From Cyanobacteriota bacterium (GTDB lineage Bacteria; Cyanobacteriota; Cyanobacteriia; PCC-6307; Cyanobiaceae): a stretch of DNA of 64,000 nucleotides. Location: positions 640,001 to 704,000 of the forward strand of contig JBJOMY010000001.1 of NCBI GenBank assembly GCA_046052125.1, in the 5' to 3' direction. Numbering within the stretch: the first letter of the stretch is position 1; each line of letters opens with the position of its first letter. The position numbers and the translations under genes were made by a program. The notes under the pieces are model-generated. The model was given only the letters and a program-made list of their open reading frames with translations. It searched no databases and was not told the DNA's origin. This document shows, piece after piece, positions 1 through 10,800 of this stretch.

Positions 1-1
1 C

Positions 2-436
2 AGGTATCTGCAGCAGCGGCTGCCGGTGGGCAGCACGGTGACGCTCGAGCAGAAGACTTCGGATCGCTACGGCCGCCTGGTGGCCGAGGTGTTCAACGGC
101 ATCAACATCAACCTGGCGATGGTGGAAGACGGCCAGGCTTTTGTGTACCGCCAGTACCTGAGCGGCTGCGACGCCAAAGAATATCTGGATGCTGAGTATC
201 GGGCCAGCCGGCGCCGCTACGGGGTCTGGCAGGTGGAGGGCGGCATCACCCGGCCCTGGGATTTCCGCAAGGGCCGCAGCGCTGCGGTAATCCCCGATGG
301 CACCACTCCCGGTGGGCGGCGTTACCGCTGCAGTGAGATCGGCTCCTATGCCCGTGCCCAGGAGCTGCTGCGCCAGGGGCACACCTACCTCGATAGCAAC
401 AAAGACGGGGAGGCCTGCGAATCGCTGCGGCGATGA
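2..436 (+). CDS. Thermonuclease (SNase-like) family protein with C-terminal Excalibur Ca-binding domain, 5'-truncated by the window edge
   Basis: DRYGRLVAEV...INLAMVEDGQA...PWDFR are SNase motifs; the C-terminal C...YLDSNKDGEACE is the Excalibur motif; the frame is open from position 2. Confidence 0.85.
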   Translation, partial: RYLQQRLPVGSTVTLEQKTSDRYGRLVAEVFNGININLAMVEDGQAFVYRQYLSGCDAKEYLDAEYRASRRRYGVWQVEGGITRPWDFRKGRSAAVIPDGTTPGGRRYRCSEIGSYARAQELLRQGHTYLDSNKDGEACESLRR

Positions 437-578
437 TCTGCTCGCGCAGCCCGAGTCCACGGCTACCGCCTCATGTGAGCAGAGGCAAGTCGGGAAGTTC
501 CCCCCACGGAGAGCAGCGTGAAGGCTCTTCCCTGAAGCGAAACAGTCCTTACCGTGAGGTGTCATCAAGGATCAACGC

Positions 579-944
579 ATGCTCACCGGATCAGACCTGC
601 TGGCCAAGGTCAAGGAACTCGGAGATGTGTCCAAGTCCGATCTGGTGCGCAGCTGCGGCTATCTGAGCACCAAGAAGGACGGCACGGAACGCCTCAACTT
701 CACCGCCTTCTACGAAGCGCTGTTGGAGGCCAAGGGGCTGAGCTTCGGGGAGGGCGGCAAAGGCCGCGGCAAGGCTGGCCGCAGCCTCAGCTACGTCACC
801 AAGGTGCAGTTCAACGGCAACCTGATGGTCGGCAAGGCCTACACCGCCCAGCTGGGTCTGCAGCCCGGCGATGAGTTCGAGATCAAGCTCGGCCGCAAGC
901 AGATCAAGCTCATCCCCCTAGGCAGCACCGACGACGAGGAGTGA
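579..944 (+). CDS. Cyanobacterial AbrB-like transcriptional regulator
   Basis: MLTGSDLLAKVKELGD...RLNFTAFYEALLEAKG...VGKAYT...PGDEFEIKLGRKQIKL is the typical picocyanobacterial AbrB-like sequence. Confidence 0.9.
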   Translation: MLTGSDLLAKVKELGDVSKSDLVRSCGYLSTKKDGTERLNFTAFYEALLEAKGLSFGEGGKGRGKAGRSLSYVTKVQFNGNLMVGKAYTAQLGLQPGDEFEIKLGRKQIKLIPLGSTDDEE

Positions 945-957
945 AGCCAGCAGAGCT

Positions 958-3135
958 TCAGCTGCCGGGGCGTCGCTGACCCAACGCCAGCACCTCCAGC
1001 GCCTGCCCCTGCTGCTCCTGCCGCAGCGCCTCCGGTGCCTCGATGCGCAATGCGCTGCCGTGCGAGAAGAGCCAGCGGCGCAGGGCCATGCCGCGGGCCA
1101 GGATCCAGGGCGGCAGGTCAATCTCCAGCGGATGGGGATGGCTGTCGCCGCTGGCATTGGGCGCCAGCACCTGGGACAGGGCCGGATGCACCCAGTCCGC
1201 TGCCCTGCCCTGAGCTCCTGAAGCGGGCTCGGCCTGCTGGGCTGGCCGTTCCACCCGGATCTGATCGAGGGGAACGGGGATCTGCCCCTGGCGGATGGCG
1301 GCGTAGGCCTCGCTCTTGCAGGAGCAGCGCAGGGTCTGCAGCTGGCGGCGCCGCTGCTCGGCGCTGGGTTGGCAGAGACCGTCCTGGGCCTGGAGGTCAT
1401 CACCCAGCTCAATCCCGCCGCAGTGATGCAGCAGGCGCTGCAGGCGGCTGATCGCCTGCTGGTGCTCGCTGGCGTTGCGGCGGCCGCGGGCCTCGGCCTG
1501 CAGGAACACCAGCCGCTCCAGCCGCTCACTCTGCAGCAGCCCATGGGGCCGGCCGATGGCGTCGGCCTCCCAGGCCAGGTGCCACAGCCCACCGGAGAAG
1601 ACCAGCTGCAGCGGCCAGATCCGCACCTCTTCTCCCCTGCCCTGCTCATGGGATGGCCCCAGGCGCAGCAGGCGCACGCGCCGGTGCTCCAGGATCGCCG
1701 TCTCGATCAGCTCGGCCTGGCCCGGTTCCGCCAGCGTGCTCCGGTTCAGGCTCTCTGCACCGGGATGGGCGCCATCAAGAACGATGCGCAACGGCGGCGC
1801 GGCCGTCACCTCGATGCCGCCCCAGGCCAGGCGCTCCTCCAGCTCACGCAGCAGATCCAGCGCCGTGGGATCCCCCAGCCGCTGGGCCACGTGCTGCACC
1901 ACCCCATGGATCTCCACCAGCCGCGGCGCCGACAGCAGGGCCGTGCCGAGGCAGTAGCCATGGCGCGGGTTGTCGTGGTGGGGCCGAAAGCCATAGGGCG
2001 TGAGCGTCTTCTCGATGTCCTTGCGCAGCGTTGCCAACTCGCCGGGGCCATGGCCGCCGGGGATCTCGGCGAGACGTTCCAGCAGGTGCCGCTGCATCGC
2101 CATCGCCCCCGGCCCCTCCGCCGGCCGGTCAAAGGGCGTCTGCAGCAGATGGCGCAGCAGGGTCATCACCCGCACGAACACCGCCGCATCAGCCATCGGT
2201 GGATAGCCGCCATGGACGCCACCGCTGCGGGGCGTCTGCTCGCCACCAGGCACCTCCAGTCGCGGCAGGGGCTGAATGGCTGTGGAAACGGAGGTGGCCC
2301 AGAAGAACCCCTGCCCCTCCAGCCAGGCCAGATCGCGGCGCACGGCGTCGGCATCGCCGTAGCAGACCCCATGGAGTGTGCGCAGCAGCGCTGCTGCACG
2401 CTCGGCCAGATCACCCCCGGGCAACGGTGAGACGAGCGTCTCCAGGGCCTCGCGGCTGCCCTGGTCGGTCGTCGCCAGATCGGGGTGATCGGCCAGCAGC
2501 TTGAGCAGATAGAGCAGCCGCTCAAGATCCAGCAGGCGGGAGTGGCCGTGCAGCTGCAGCTGCTGCTGGCGGTTGCAGGCGGCGCTGATGCGCCGGTTGA
2601 GGCGCGAGAGCTCACTGCGCAGGAAGGCGGTGAGGTCGCCCTGATGGGTGGGCTGAACGGCCACCACCGAGGCAAAGCCCTCCGCCCGCCCCGGCCCGAA
2701 GGCCTCATCCGCCAGGCTGGCGGCCATGCGCCGAATCACCGGCGTTGGCACGGGCCGCTCGCGCTTGGCGTTCCAGCGCAGGCAGGTGCTCAGCGGTGTG
2801 AACAGCCACCAGCCGATCCACTCCACCGGCCGCGGCAGGGCTAGGTGCTGGGTGATCGCCAGCCGCCAGGGCCGCTCGGCGTGGGTGGCATCCACGATCA
2901 CCGGCATGCCGGCCGCCACCGCACCGATCAGCCGCTCATGCAGCCGCTGTTGGATCGACGGCCAGGGGCCCTGCACCGCCGGATCCCCGAAGACTTCAGC
3001 GCGGATCGCATCGGTGGAGAGCACAACCGCCGGCTGCCCCTCAGGCCCTGCAATCAAAGGGGCGAGAGCCAGGGCGGTGGTGGTCTTGCCGCTGGCGGGC
3101 GGGCCGATCAGCAGGTGACAGCGCAGGGGCTCCAT
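958..3135 (-). CDS. AAA_33-type P-loop kinase/ATPase fused to a C-terminal WYL(-WCX) domain
   Basis: N-terminal GPPASGKT Walker A and VIVDATH; C-terminal IETAILEHRRVRL...IWPLQLVFSGGLWHL...ERLERL is WYL-like. Start taken at ATG 3135 (ORF track starts at 3180). Confidence 0.8.
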   Translation of the reverse strand: MEPLRCHLLIGPPASGKTTTALALAPLIAGPEGQPAVVLSTDAIRAEVFGDPAVQGPWPSIQQRLHERLIGAVAAGMPVIVDATHAERPWRLAITQHLALPRPVEWIGWWLFTPLSTCLRWNAKRERPVPTPVIRRMAASLADEAFGPGRAEGFASVVAVQPTHQGDLTAFLRSELSRLNRRISAACNRQQQLQLHGHSRLLDLERLLYLLKLLADHPDLATTDQGSREALETLVSPLPGGDLAERAAALLRTLHGVCYGDADAVRRDLAWLEGQGFFWATSVSTAIQPLPRLEVPGGEQTPRSGGVHGGYPPMADAAVFVRVMTLLRHLLQTPFDRPAEGPGAMAMQRHLLERLAEIPGGHGPGELATLRKDIEKTLTPYGFRPHHDNPRHGYCLGTALLSAPRLVEIHGVVQHVAQRLGDPTALDLLRELEERLAWGGIEVTAAPPLRIVLDGAHPGAESLNRSTLAEPGQAELIETAILEHRRVRLLRLGPSHEQGRGEEVRIWPLQLVFSGGLWHLAWEADAIGRPHGLLQSERLERLVFLQAEARGRRNASEHQQAISRLQRLLHHCGGIELGDDLQAQDGLCQPSAEQRRRQLQTLRCSCKSEAYAAIRQGQIPVPLDQIRVERPAQQAEPASGAQGRAADWVHPALSQVLAPNASGDSHPHPLEIDLPPWILARGMALRRWLFSHGSALRIEAPEALRQEQQGQALEVLALGQRRPGS

Positions 3136-3377
3136 TCCTGCAGGGTGAAGGCGCAGGCGGCCAGCGGCAACAGCCGCCAACCAACCAGAGGCGCCGGCCT
3201 AGTGAGGGCAGGGGATCTCGGCGGGCTGGGTTCTTCGCGGGGGGAAGGATGGACGGGGGGCCGAAAGGGGCAAGGCTGTTTGCCCCGTTCTGCTGCCGCG
3301 CCGCTGTGCCCATCCAGCTCTCTGCTGCCGTTGTGCCGCCTACGCGGCGGCGGCGCAAGGCCTACAGGCCGCCCGAG

Positions 3378-4283
3378 ATGTTGGTGAACCTGCACGTGTT
3401 GGACCTGATGGAGGTGAGCGGCAGCCAGATGCGTGCCGCCAGCGCCCTCTCGATGCACCAGACCACGGTGAGCCGCAGCTACTGGGACCTGGCCGAGCAG
3501 TTCCGCCTCCAGCCCGCGCGCGGCCCGCGCAAGGTGTGCCGCTGGGGCCTGAGCACCAGCGTGCGCTTCCTGCGGCTGGCAAGCCGTGCCCATCGCCTGG
3601 AGAATGGCCGGCTGCGGCTGGCCAGCGATGCACAGCACATTTCGCTGCTCGAAGGATTGCCCGGGGTGCTGCAGGTGCCGCCCTGCTTCCACCCCGCCGG
3701 CGACTGGGCAACGCTGGTGGCCCAGGGGGTGATCGATGGGGCCCTCGTCTCCTCCCTCTGCCACGACCACGAACTGGCGAGGGGTGAACTGCCGCAGTGG
3801 CCGGGGGTAAAGGTGCAAGCCCTGGGGACGTTGCCGCTGCAGCTGGTCACCGCTCAGCGCTGGGCCGAGGTGTGGGCAGAGCAGGTTGTGGTCCCTGCTG
3901 TCCAGGTGATGCCGCTGCTGCATGAGCAGCTGGAGCCCTGTTTCGGCGAGCTGGAGCGCGCCTCAAGGGCCTGGCAAGACCCGCAGGATTGGCTGGAGCA
4001 GCTCCACCAGCGGCCCGTCGCCGCGCTGGTCTGTCCGGCCATGGCCCCAAAGGACTGGTGGCGTGAGCAGGGTATGGCGCCCGTGGCCCATCAGCTGAAG
4101 CTGCAGGAGCAGTTGTGGTTGCTGCTTCCAGAGGATCTGGAGCCACCGAGGGCAGCCAGGGCGACGCTGCGGGCGATCCAGCGCCGGGCGTTCAGCGCTG
4201 TGGCACGGGGAGATGGAGCACGGCTGGAAGTCCTTGGGTCGGTGGGGAATGAGCCGGAAACTCAGGGCGAGGCGGCGGCATGA
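3378..4283 (+). CDS. LysR-like transcriptional regulator (divergent)
   Basis: N-terminal HTH-like segment GSQMRAASALSMHQTTVSR followed by a substrate-binding-like region (LVAQGVIDGAL); about 300 aa. Start taken at ATG 3378. Confidence 0.6.
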   Translation: MLVNLHVLDLMEVSGSQMRAASALSMHQTTVSRSYWDLAEQFRLQPARGPRKVCRWGLSTSVRFLRLASRAHRLENGRLRLASDAQHISLLEGLPGVLQVPPCFHPAGDWATLVAQGVIDGALVSSLCHDHELARGELPQWPGVKVQALGTLPLQLVTAQRWAEVWAEQVVVPAVQVMPLLHEQLEPCFGELERASRAWQDPQDWLEQLHQRPVAALVCPAMAPKDWWREQGMAPVAHQLKLQEQLWLLLPEDLEPPRAARATLRAIQRRAFSAVARGDGARLEVLGSVGNEPETQGEAAA

Positions 4284-4411
4284 GAGACCTGGCTATGGAC
4301 TGCCGAGTCCACATGAGCATGAAACGGCATGAGCCACTGGAAGAACCAGTGCCAAGGATCGGAGCTGAGGCCCAGGCGGCACGGAAACTGCATAGCCATC
4401 AGGCCACAACA

Positions 4412-4426
4412 ATGCGCAGGCTGCAT
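4412..4426. promoter_or_regulatory. Candidate LysR operator (ATGC-N7-GCAT) upstream of the DISARM operon
   Basis: ATGCgcaggctGCAT fits the T-N11-A dyad; CTGCATAG occurs twice (4388, 4421); lies between the LysR-like gene and drmD. Confidence 0.4.
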
Positions 4427-4548
4427 AGTTTTGGCAGTGCCGGGCGGGAGCGGGAGAAGCCAGGCTGCGCCTGGGCTCTGCTGGCGGCAAACTGGTGGAA
4501 GCGTCTACTACCCCCTATGCCAGCCCAGCTGCGACAGGTGGTGCCGCA

Positions 4549-7500
4549 ATGAGCCAGGTTCCGCCTGCTCCCACCCTCAGTAAGGGTTGCGTGGTCCACT
4601 GCCGCAGCCACCACCACCTGGTGGAGGACGTGCAGCCCCCAGAGGACGGTGGCGACACTGTGGTGCGCCTGGCCTGCCTGGACGACGACGCCAACGGGCA
4701 GATCACCGAGGTTTTCTGGGAGCGTGAGGTGGATGCCCGTGTGCTGGGGCAGAGCACCTGGGAGACGATCGGTCAGCGGGGGTTCGATGACCCGCGAGTG
4801 TTCTCCAGCTACCTGCACACGCTGCAATGGAACTGCGTGACGGCCACCGATCCGGGGCTGTTCCAGGCGCCGCTGCGGGCGGGCATCGATGTGAAGCCCT
4901 ACCAGCTGGAGCCGCTGCGCAAGGCCCTGCGGATGCCGCGGGTGGCTCTGTTCATCGCCGATGACGTGGGCCTGGGGAAGACGATCGAAGCAGGGTTGAT
5001 CACGCGTGAACTGCTCTTGCGCCAGAAGGCGCAGCGCGTGGTGGTGTTGGCACCTCCGTCGGTGGTGCTGCAGTGGCAGGGCGAGATGGAAAGCCGCTTC
5101 GGCTTGCCGTTCCAGGTGATGAACCGCGAGTACGTATCGCGGATGCGGCGTGAGCGGGGCTGGGGCATCAACCCCTGGGCCACCCACACCCGCTTCATCC
5201 TCAGCCAGGCGCTGGTTCGCAACGAGGACTACGCGGGGCCATTGCGCGATTGGCTGGGGGATGGCGAGAGGGCCCTGCTGATCCTCGATGAGGCCCACAA
5301 CGCGGCACCCGCCAGCGGCTCCAAGGTTGCCGTCGATTCCAAGCTCACCCGGGCCGTCCGCAGCCTGGCCCTTTGCTTCGAGCACAAGCTGTTCCTCTCA
5401 GCCACACCCCACAACGGCCACAGCAACAGCTTCTCCGCATTGCTGGAAATCCTTGACCCCACCCGCTTCTGTCGCGGGGTGCCTGTGCGCAACAAGGCCG
5501 ACCTCGAGCCGGTGCTGGTGAGGCGCCTCAAGGAAGACCTGCGCCGTATCGGCGAGGAGCTGCCCAAGCGCGAGGTGGTGCCTGTGGTGCTTGAGGGCCT
5601 GGATCCCTCCACCGCTGAGCTGGAGCTGGCCCGCCAGCTCAAGGACTACCGCAGCCTGCGGGAACAAAGGCTCAAGGGCGCAAGCAGCAAACAGCGAGCC
5701 GCCGAGCTGCTGGTGGTCACCAACCTGCAGAAGCGGCTGCTCAGCTCGATCGAGGCGTTCCACCGCACCCTGGGCGTGCATTGCGACACGCTGCGGCGGC
5801 GCGATGCTGGCGAGCGGCTGCGCACGGCCCGCGACCCCCAGCAGCTGAAACTGCTGCAACAGGGCATCGACGGCGACGACGATCGCGCCGAGGCCGATGA
5901 AGACAGCGTGGAGCGGGAAGCCGAGCAGGAGCATCGGCTGGCAGTGGCTACTACCGAACTGGGCGCAGGGCCCGAGGAGTGGACGCTGCTCAAGGACATG
6001 CAGCGCATCAGCGAGCGTTCGCGGTACGAGCCCGACGCCCGGATCCACTACCTACGCCGCTGGATTCAGCAGCACCTCTGCCCGGATCTCGGGCAGGAGG
6101 GGGCCCAGTGGAACAACGAGCGGCTGTTGATCTTCACCGAGTACGCCGACACCAAGCGCTGGCTGCAGGAGCAGATCGAATCGTTGATTGCCGGCAGCGA
6201 CCGGGAGCGGGAACGCATCGCCACCTTCCACGGCGGCATCGGCGATGAGAAACGGGAAGCCCTAAAGCGCAGCTTCAACAGCCCGCCCGATCAGGATCCC
6301 CTTCGCATCCTGATCGCCACCGATGCCGCCCGCGAGGGGGTGAACCTGCAGAACCACTGCCGTTACCTCTTCCACTTCGACGTGCCCTGGAATCCGGGGC
6401 GGATGGAGCAGCGCAACGGCCGCATCGACCGCACCCTGCAGCGCGCTCCGGAGGTGTTCTGCCATTACTTCGTGCTGGCCGACCGCGAAGAAGACCGGGT
6501 GCTCGACGTGTTGGTCAAGAAGACCGAGGAGATCCGCAAGACCTTGGGTTCCCTGCCGCCGGTGGTGGTGGGGCGGCTGAATGAGCTGTTGGCCAAGGGG
6601 ATCAATCCCACCGCCATTCAGGAAGTGATGGAGCAGATCCAGGGAGTGGATCAGGAGGAGGGCTACAAACGCCGCCAGGCCCTGATCAACCTGGAGCTGG
6701 AAGACAACAGCCGCGAGCGGGAAGACGAACTCCGCCAACAGGTAGCCCGGCTTGAGAAGGCTCTGCAGAAGTCAGAAGACTGGCTCCACTTCAGCAGCGA
6801 TCTCTTCCGCGATGCGCTCAACACCAGCCTGCGGGTCAGCGCCCAGGGGAGCGGAGCAACACCGCAGCTGAAACCCAGGGATCCCGCGGCCGCGGAGGCT
6901 GATCCCGAGCGAGCCGAATGGATCTTCCCAGCGGCCGATGAGCTTCCCGGCGGTGAACAGAGCTGGGGAGATGTGCTGGATGCGCTGCGGCGCCCGCGCC
7001 GCCCCGGCGAAAAGCTCTGGGAGTGGCGGCGCACCACGGCACCCCAGCCGGTGGTGTTCAAGGACCCCAAGGAGGTGAATGCCGATCGGGTGCACCTGCA
7101 TCTGGAACACCCCCTGGTGCAGCGGCTGCTCAACCGCTTCCTGGTGCGCGGGTTCCAGGGTGAAGAGCTCAGCCGGGCTGCGGTGATCGCCACCCATGAC
7201 GACACGGCCAAGCTGATCCTGTTGGCACGCATGTCGCTCTATGGCCACGGCGCTGCTCGCCTGCACGATGAAGTGCTGGAGCTCGTGGCCGAATGGGACC
7301 CGGCCGATCCAGCCCGGCGGCTGAGGGTGTTGAACGCCACCAAGACCGACATGGCCCTGGCCGACCTGGAAACCAGCCTGCGTGAACGTCTCCCATCGGT
7401 GGATGAAATCATCCAGCGCCAGCTGCGCGGCCAGTTACCGGCCGATGTGGCCCAACTCAAGGACCGGCTCGAATCCCTGGCAGCCGATCGGGCTGAGCGC

Positions 7501-7824
7501 GCCAAGGGTCAGCTGAGCAAGCGCGCCGACGACGAGGCCAACGCTTTTGTGAAGGTGCTGCAGGAGCAGCGGGAGCGGATCCTCAAGACCCGCACCAAGC
7601 ACGACAGCGAGTTCGAGCAGCTGGCCTTCGGCTTTGCCGACCAGGAGCTGCGCCAGCTACGCGACAACCGCTCCTACTGGGACAAACGGCTGGCGCGCAT
7701 CGAGCGGGATCTGGAACTGGAGCCGGCTGCCATCCGGCGCACCTTTGAGGTGGCCACGGCCCCTCGGATTGAGCCCGCCGGCGCGATTGTGCTCTGGCCG
7801 CTGCAGGCAGGAGGGCAGGCCTGA
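4549..7824 (+). CDS. drmD: DISARM SNF2-like helicase DrmD
   Basis: IADDVGLGKT, LILDEAHN, LSATPHNG, ATDAAREGVNLQ, PWNPGRMEQRNGRIDR; first gene of a drmD-MI-A-B-C cluster. Start taken at ATG 4549. Confidence 0.9.
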   Translation: MSQVPPAPTLSKGCVVHCRSHHHLVEDVQPPEDGGDTVVRLACLDDDANGQITEVFWEREVDARVLGQSTWETIGQRGFDDPRVFSSYLHTLQWNCVTATDPGLFQAPLRAGIDVKPYQLEPLRKALRMPRVALFIADDVGLGKTIEAGLITRELLLRQKAQRVVVLAPPSVVLQWQGEMESRFGLPFQVMNREYVSRMRRERGWGINPWATHTRFILSQALVRNEDYAGPLRDWLGDGERALLILDEAHNAAPASGSKVAVDSKLTRAVRSLALCFEHKLFLSATPHNGHSNSFSALLEILDPTRFCRGVPVRNKADLEPVLVRRLKEDLRRIGEELPKREVVPVVLEGLDPSTAELELARQLKDYRSLREQRLKGASSKQRAAELLVVTNLQKRLLSSIEAFHRTLGVHCDTLRRRDAGERLRTARDPQQLKLLQQGIDGDDDRAEADEDSVEREAEQEHRLAVATTELGAGPEEWTLLKDMQRISERSRYEPDARIHYLRRWIQQHLCPDLGQEGAQWNNERLLIFTEYADTKRWLQEQIESLIAGSDRERERIATFHGGIGDEKREALKRSFNSPPDQDPLRILIATDAAREGVNLQNHCRYLFHFDVPWNPGRMEQRNGRIDRTLQRAPEVFCHYFVLADREEDRVLDVLVKKTEEIRKTLGSLPPVVVGRLNELLAKGINPTAIQEVMEQIQGVDQEEGYKRRQALINLELEDNSREREDELRQQVARLEKALQKSEDWLHFSSDLFRDALNTSLRVSAQGSGATPQLKPRDPAAAEADPERAEWIFPAADELPGGEQSWGDVLDALRRPRRPGEKLWEWRRTTAPQPVVFKDPKEVNADRVHLHLEHPLVQRLLNRFLVRGFQGEELSRAAVIATHDDTAKLILLARMSLYGHGAARLHDEVLELVAEWDPADPARRLRVLNATKTDMALADLETSLRERLPSVDEIIQRQLRGQLPADVAQLKDRLESLAADRAERAKGQLSKRADDEANAFVKVLQEQRERILKTRTKHDSEFEQLAFGFADQELRQLRDNRSYWDKRLARIERDLELEPAAIRRTFEVATAPRIEPAGAIVLWPLQAGGQA

Positions 7825-10800
7825 TGCCACCGCGCGCCCCTGGGGTTCACACCCACGAGGAATGGAAGGGCATGGCCCAACCGGTGGGCCTGGTGGTCGA
7901 GCCTGTGGTGCTCAACCGTCTGGGGATCTTCCCGGAGAGTGCCACCACTGTGCTGGCCGACTGGCAGCAACGGTTGGAGCAACTGCTGGAAGACCAGCCC
8001 GTTGGTGAGCAGTGGCTGAGCGTGGCCCCCAGCTTTGAGCTGTTCTGCCAGGAGGTGCTGGCCTGGCAGGACGGCGACCTACGCAAGCCCGAGGAGCTCC
8101 CGGCGCCGGTGGCCGTGCACCTCGACGACTACGACGAGGTGCTCCGCCCCGATTGGTTCGTCCCTGAACCCAGCCAGGGGGATGGAGCGCTCAAGGCCCA
8201 GCTGCTGGTGCAGGAGCTGCCCCTGGGTGCGCCCTTTGACGCTCTGCCAAAGGGCCTGGATGGCCGGCGGCAATGGGAGGCCACACCCCAACAGCGCTTG
8301 GAGCGGCTGCTCAAGGAAAGCGAGCACCCGATTGGCCTGCTCTGGAATGGGGTGGCTCTGCGGATGGTGTACGCCCCACGGGGCGAATCCAGCGGCCACC
8401 TCACCTTCCCGTTGGAGCCGATGACCACGGTCGACGGGCGACCGATGCTGGCGGCGCTGCAGATGCTGCTGGGGCCGGATCGCCTATTTGAAGGCGGGGC
8501 CAGCAACACGCGCCTGCGGCCGCTCATGGAGCAGAGCCGCAAAGAACAGAACGAGGTGAGCACCCGCCTGGCCGAGCAGGTGCTCGAAGCCTTATGGATC
8601 CTGCTGCGCGGTTTTGATGCCGCAGGACTGGAGGCCAACGACCCCAGCCACATCTATGGCGGGTTGATCACCGTGCTGCTGCGGCTGGTGTTCCTGCTCT
8701 ACGCCGAAGACGAAGAGCTGATGCCCACCGATTCGCTCTACGGCCAGCACTACAGCGTGGGCGGTCTGGCGCTGCGGCTGCGGCAAGACCGGGCCGATTA
8801 CCAAAACGCTATGGAAGGCCGGCGCGGTGCCTGGGCCACGCTGCTGAGCCTGTTCCGCCTCGTCTACGACGGCGGCGGCTCCACGGAGGCGTACCTACCA
8901 GCCAGGCACGGCGATCTGTTTGATCCGGATACTTACCCCTTCCTTGAAGGCCGCACGGCAGATACGTCGTACAGCGATGGGCCGTTGACCGCTGTGCCGG
9001 CCATCAGCGACGACGTGGTGGAACAGGTGCTCACAAAGCTGTTGCTACTCGACGGGCAGATCCTCAGTTATCGGGCCCTGGATGTGGAGCAGATCGGCTC
9101 GGTGTACGAGGGGATCATGGGCTTCATGGTGGAGAAGGCCACCGGTCCCAGTGTGGGGATCACCTACCGGCCACCGCGCCAGAAGATCACGATCACCGTG
9201 GTTGTGAATGCCGAGGAGCTTCTTGCCCAGGCGGAGGCCAAACGGGTGAACTGGCTCGACGAACGGGCGGGCGTCAAACTGAAACTGTCTGCCCCCATCG
9301 TTCGGGCCTTGAAAGAGGCCCGCAGCCACGAGGATCTGGCGGCAGCGCTGGGCAACCGCCTGTCATCCCACACTCCGCGGGTGTTGCCGGCTGGTTCCCT
9401 GGTCCTGCAGCCCACGGCGGAACGGCGACGCAGCGGTAGCCATTACACGCCGCGAGCTCTCACCGAGCCGATCGTGGCAGAAGCCCTTCGGCCCTGGCTG
9501 GAGCGCTGCAACGGCAAACCCACCGCCGAACAGGTGCTGGCACTCAAGTTGTGTGATCCGGCCATGGGGTCGGGTGCCTTCCTGGTAGCCCTCTGCCGCT
9601 ATCTGGCTCACTGGCTGGTGGCGGCCTGGGAAGACCCAGAGGGTCCAGGCTATCCGCCCGAGTTCAGGAAGGAATGGGACAAAGACCTCTATGCCCGCCG
9701 CCTAATCGCCCAGCGCTGCCTCTACGGGGTCGACAAGAACCCCTTTGCGGTGAATCTGGCCAAGCTCTCGCTTTGGCTGGTGACCTTGAGCAAAGACCTG
9801 CCGTTCACCTTTGTGGACCATGCTCTGAAGTGCGGCGATTCGCTGGTCGGCTACTCGGTGCAAGAAATCCAAGCGGCGATGAAGGAAGTACAGCTGGGCT
9901 TCTTAAATCAACAAAACGAAGTATTTACACAGATGAGCCTGGCCAGGCGCGAATGCTTTGCCGTCGATAGCTTCACCGACGACGGGTACGATCGAAAGAA
10001 GGAATTGCTACAGCAGCAGATCCAGGCCAGCGATGGCCTCCGACAGGCTGGCGATCTAATGGCTGCTGCGTTCTTTGATGCGCCAAAGACAAAAGACCGA
10101 GCCGATAAGCAACAGGTATATTTGGCACTCATGAGTGGTGCATTTAACGATGACGAACTGCAGGATTCGATTCAGGAGATCCGCAGGCGCCTAGCAGGCG
10201 GAGACAAGGGAGTCAAGCCGTTTCACTGGCAGCTTGAGTTTCCAGAAGTTTTCTGCCCCGAGCAAGGTGGATTCAATGTAATTATTGGCAATCCGCCGTT
10301 CGCTGGATCAGTTACACTCGCCAAATCTTCTCACGTCGCATACCCAGACTGGCTTAGATCGCGACACTTTGGCTCTGCAGGCAAATGCGACCTGGTCGCG
10401 TTTTTCTTTCGTTCTGCCTTTAGCCTGCTTTGCCGAACTGGTGCATTAGGCTTTATTACAACCAATACAGTCTCACAAGGAGACACGAGGAGGTCAGGCC
10501 TTTTTCATATTCTTCAAGAAGATGGATGGATCTACGCCGCCCGCAAGCGTGTGCCGTGGCCAGGCATTGCTGCAGTTGTGGTGAGCATTGTTCATATATC
10601 AAAAGCAATCAGGCCAATTCCAAAACTCAATGGAAGACAAGTAAATAGGATCAGCGCTTATCTTTTGCCTGGAAAGATTGATGGATCTCCACTTTATACA
10701 GGCGGCCTCGGCCAGGCCATAAAGGCAGGTCTTGGGAGCAAACCTAACGGCAAAGGCTTTATTTTTTCAGATAGAGGCTCTGGCTTCTTGCCCGTTAGTG

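Noticed and set aside
1369..2430. 353-aa plus-strand ORF
   Set aside because: Antisense shadow of the AAA-WYL gene in GC-rich DNA; no motifs
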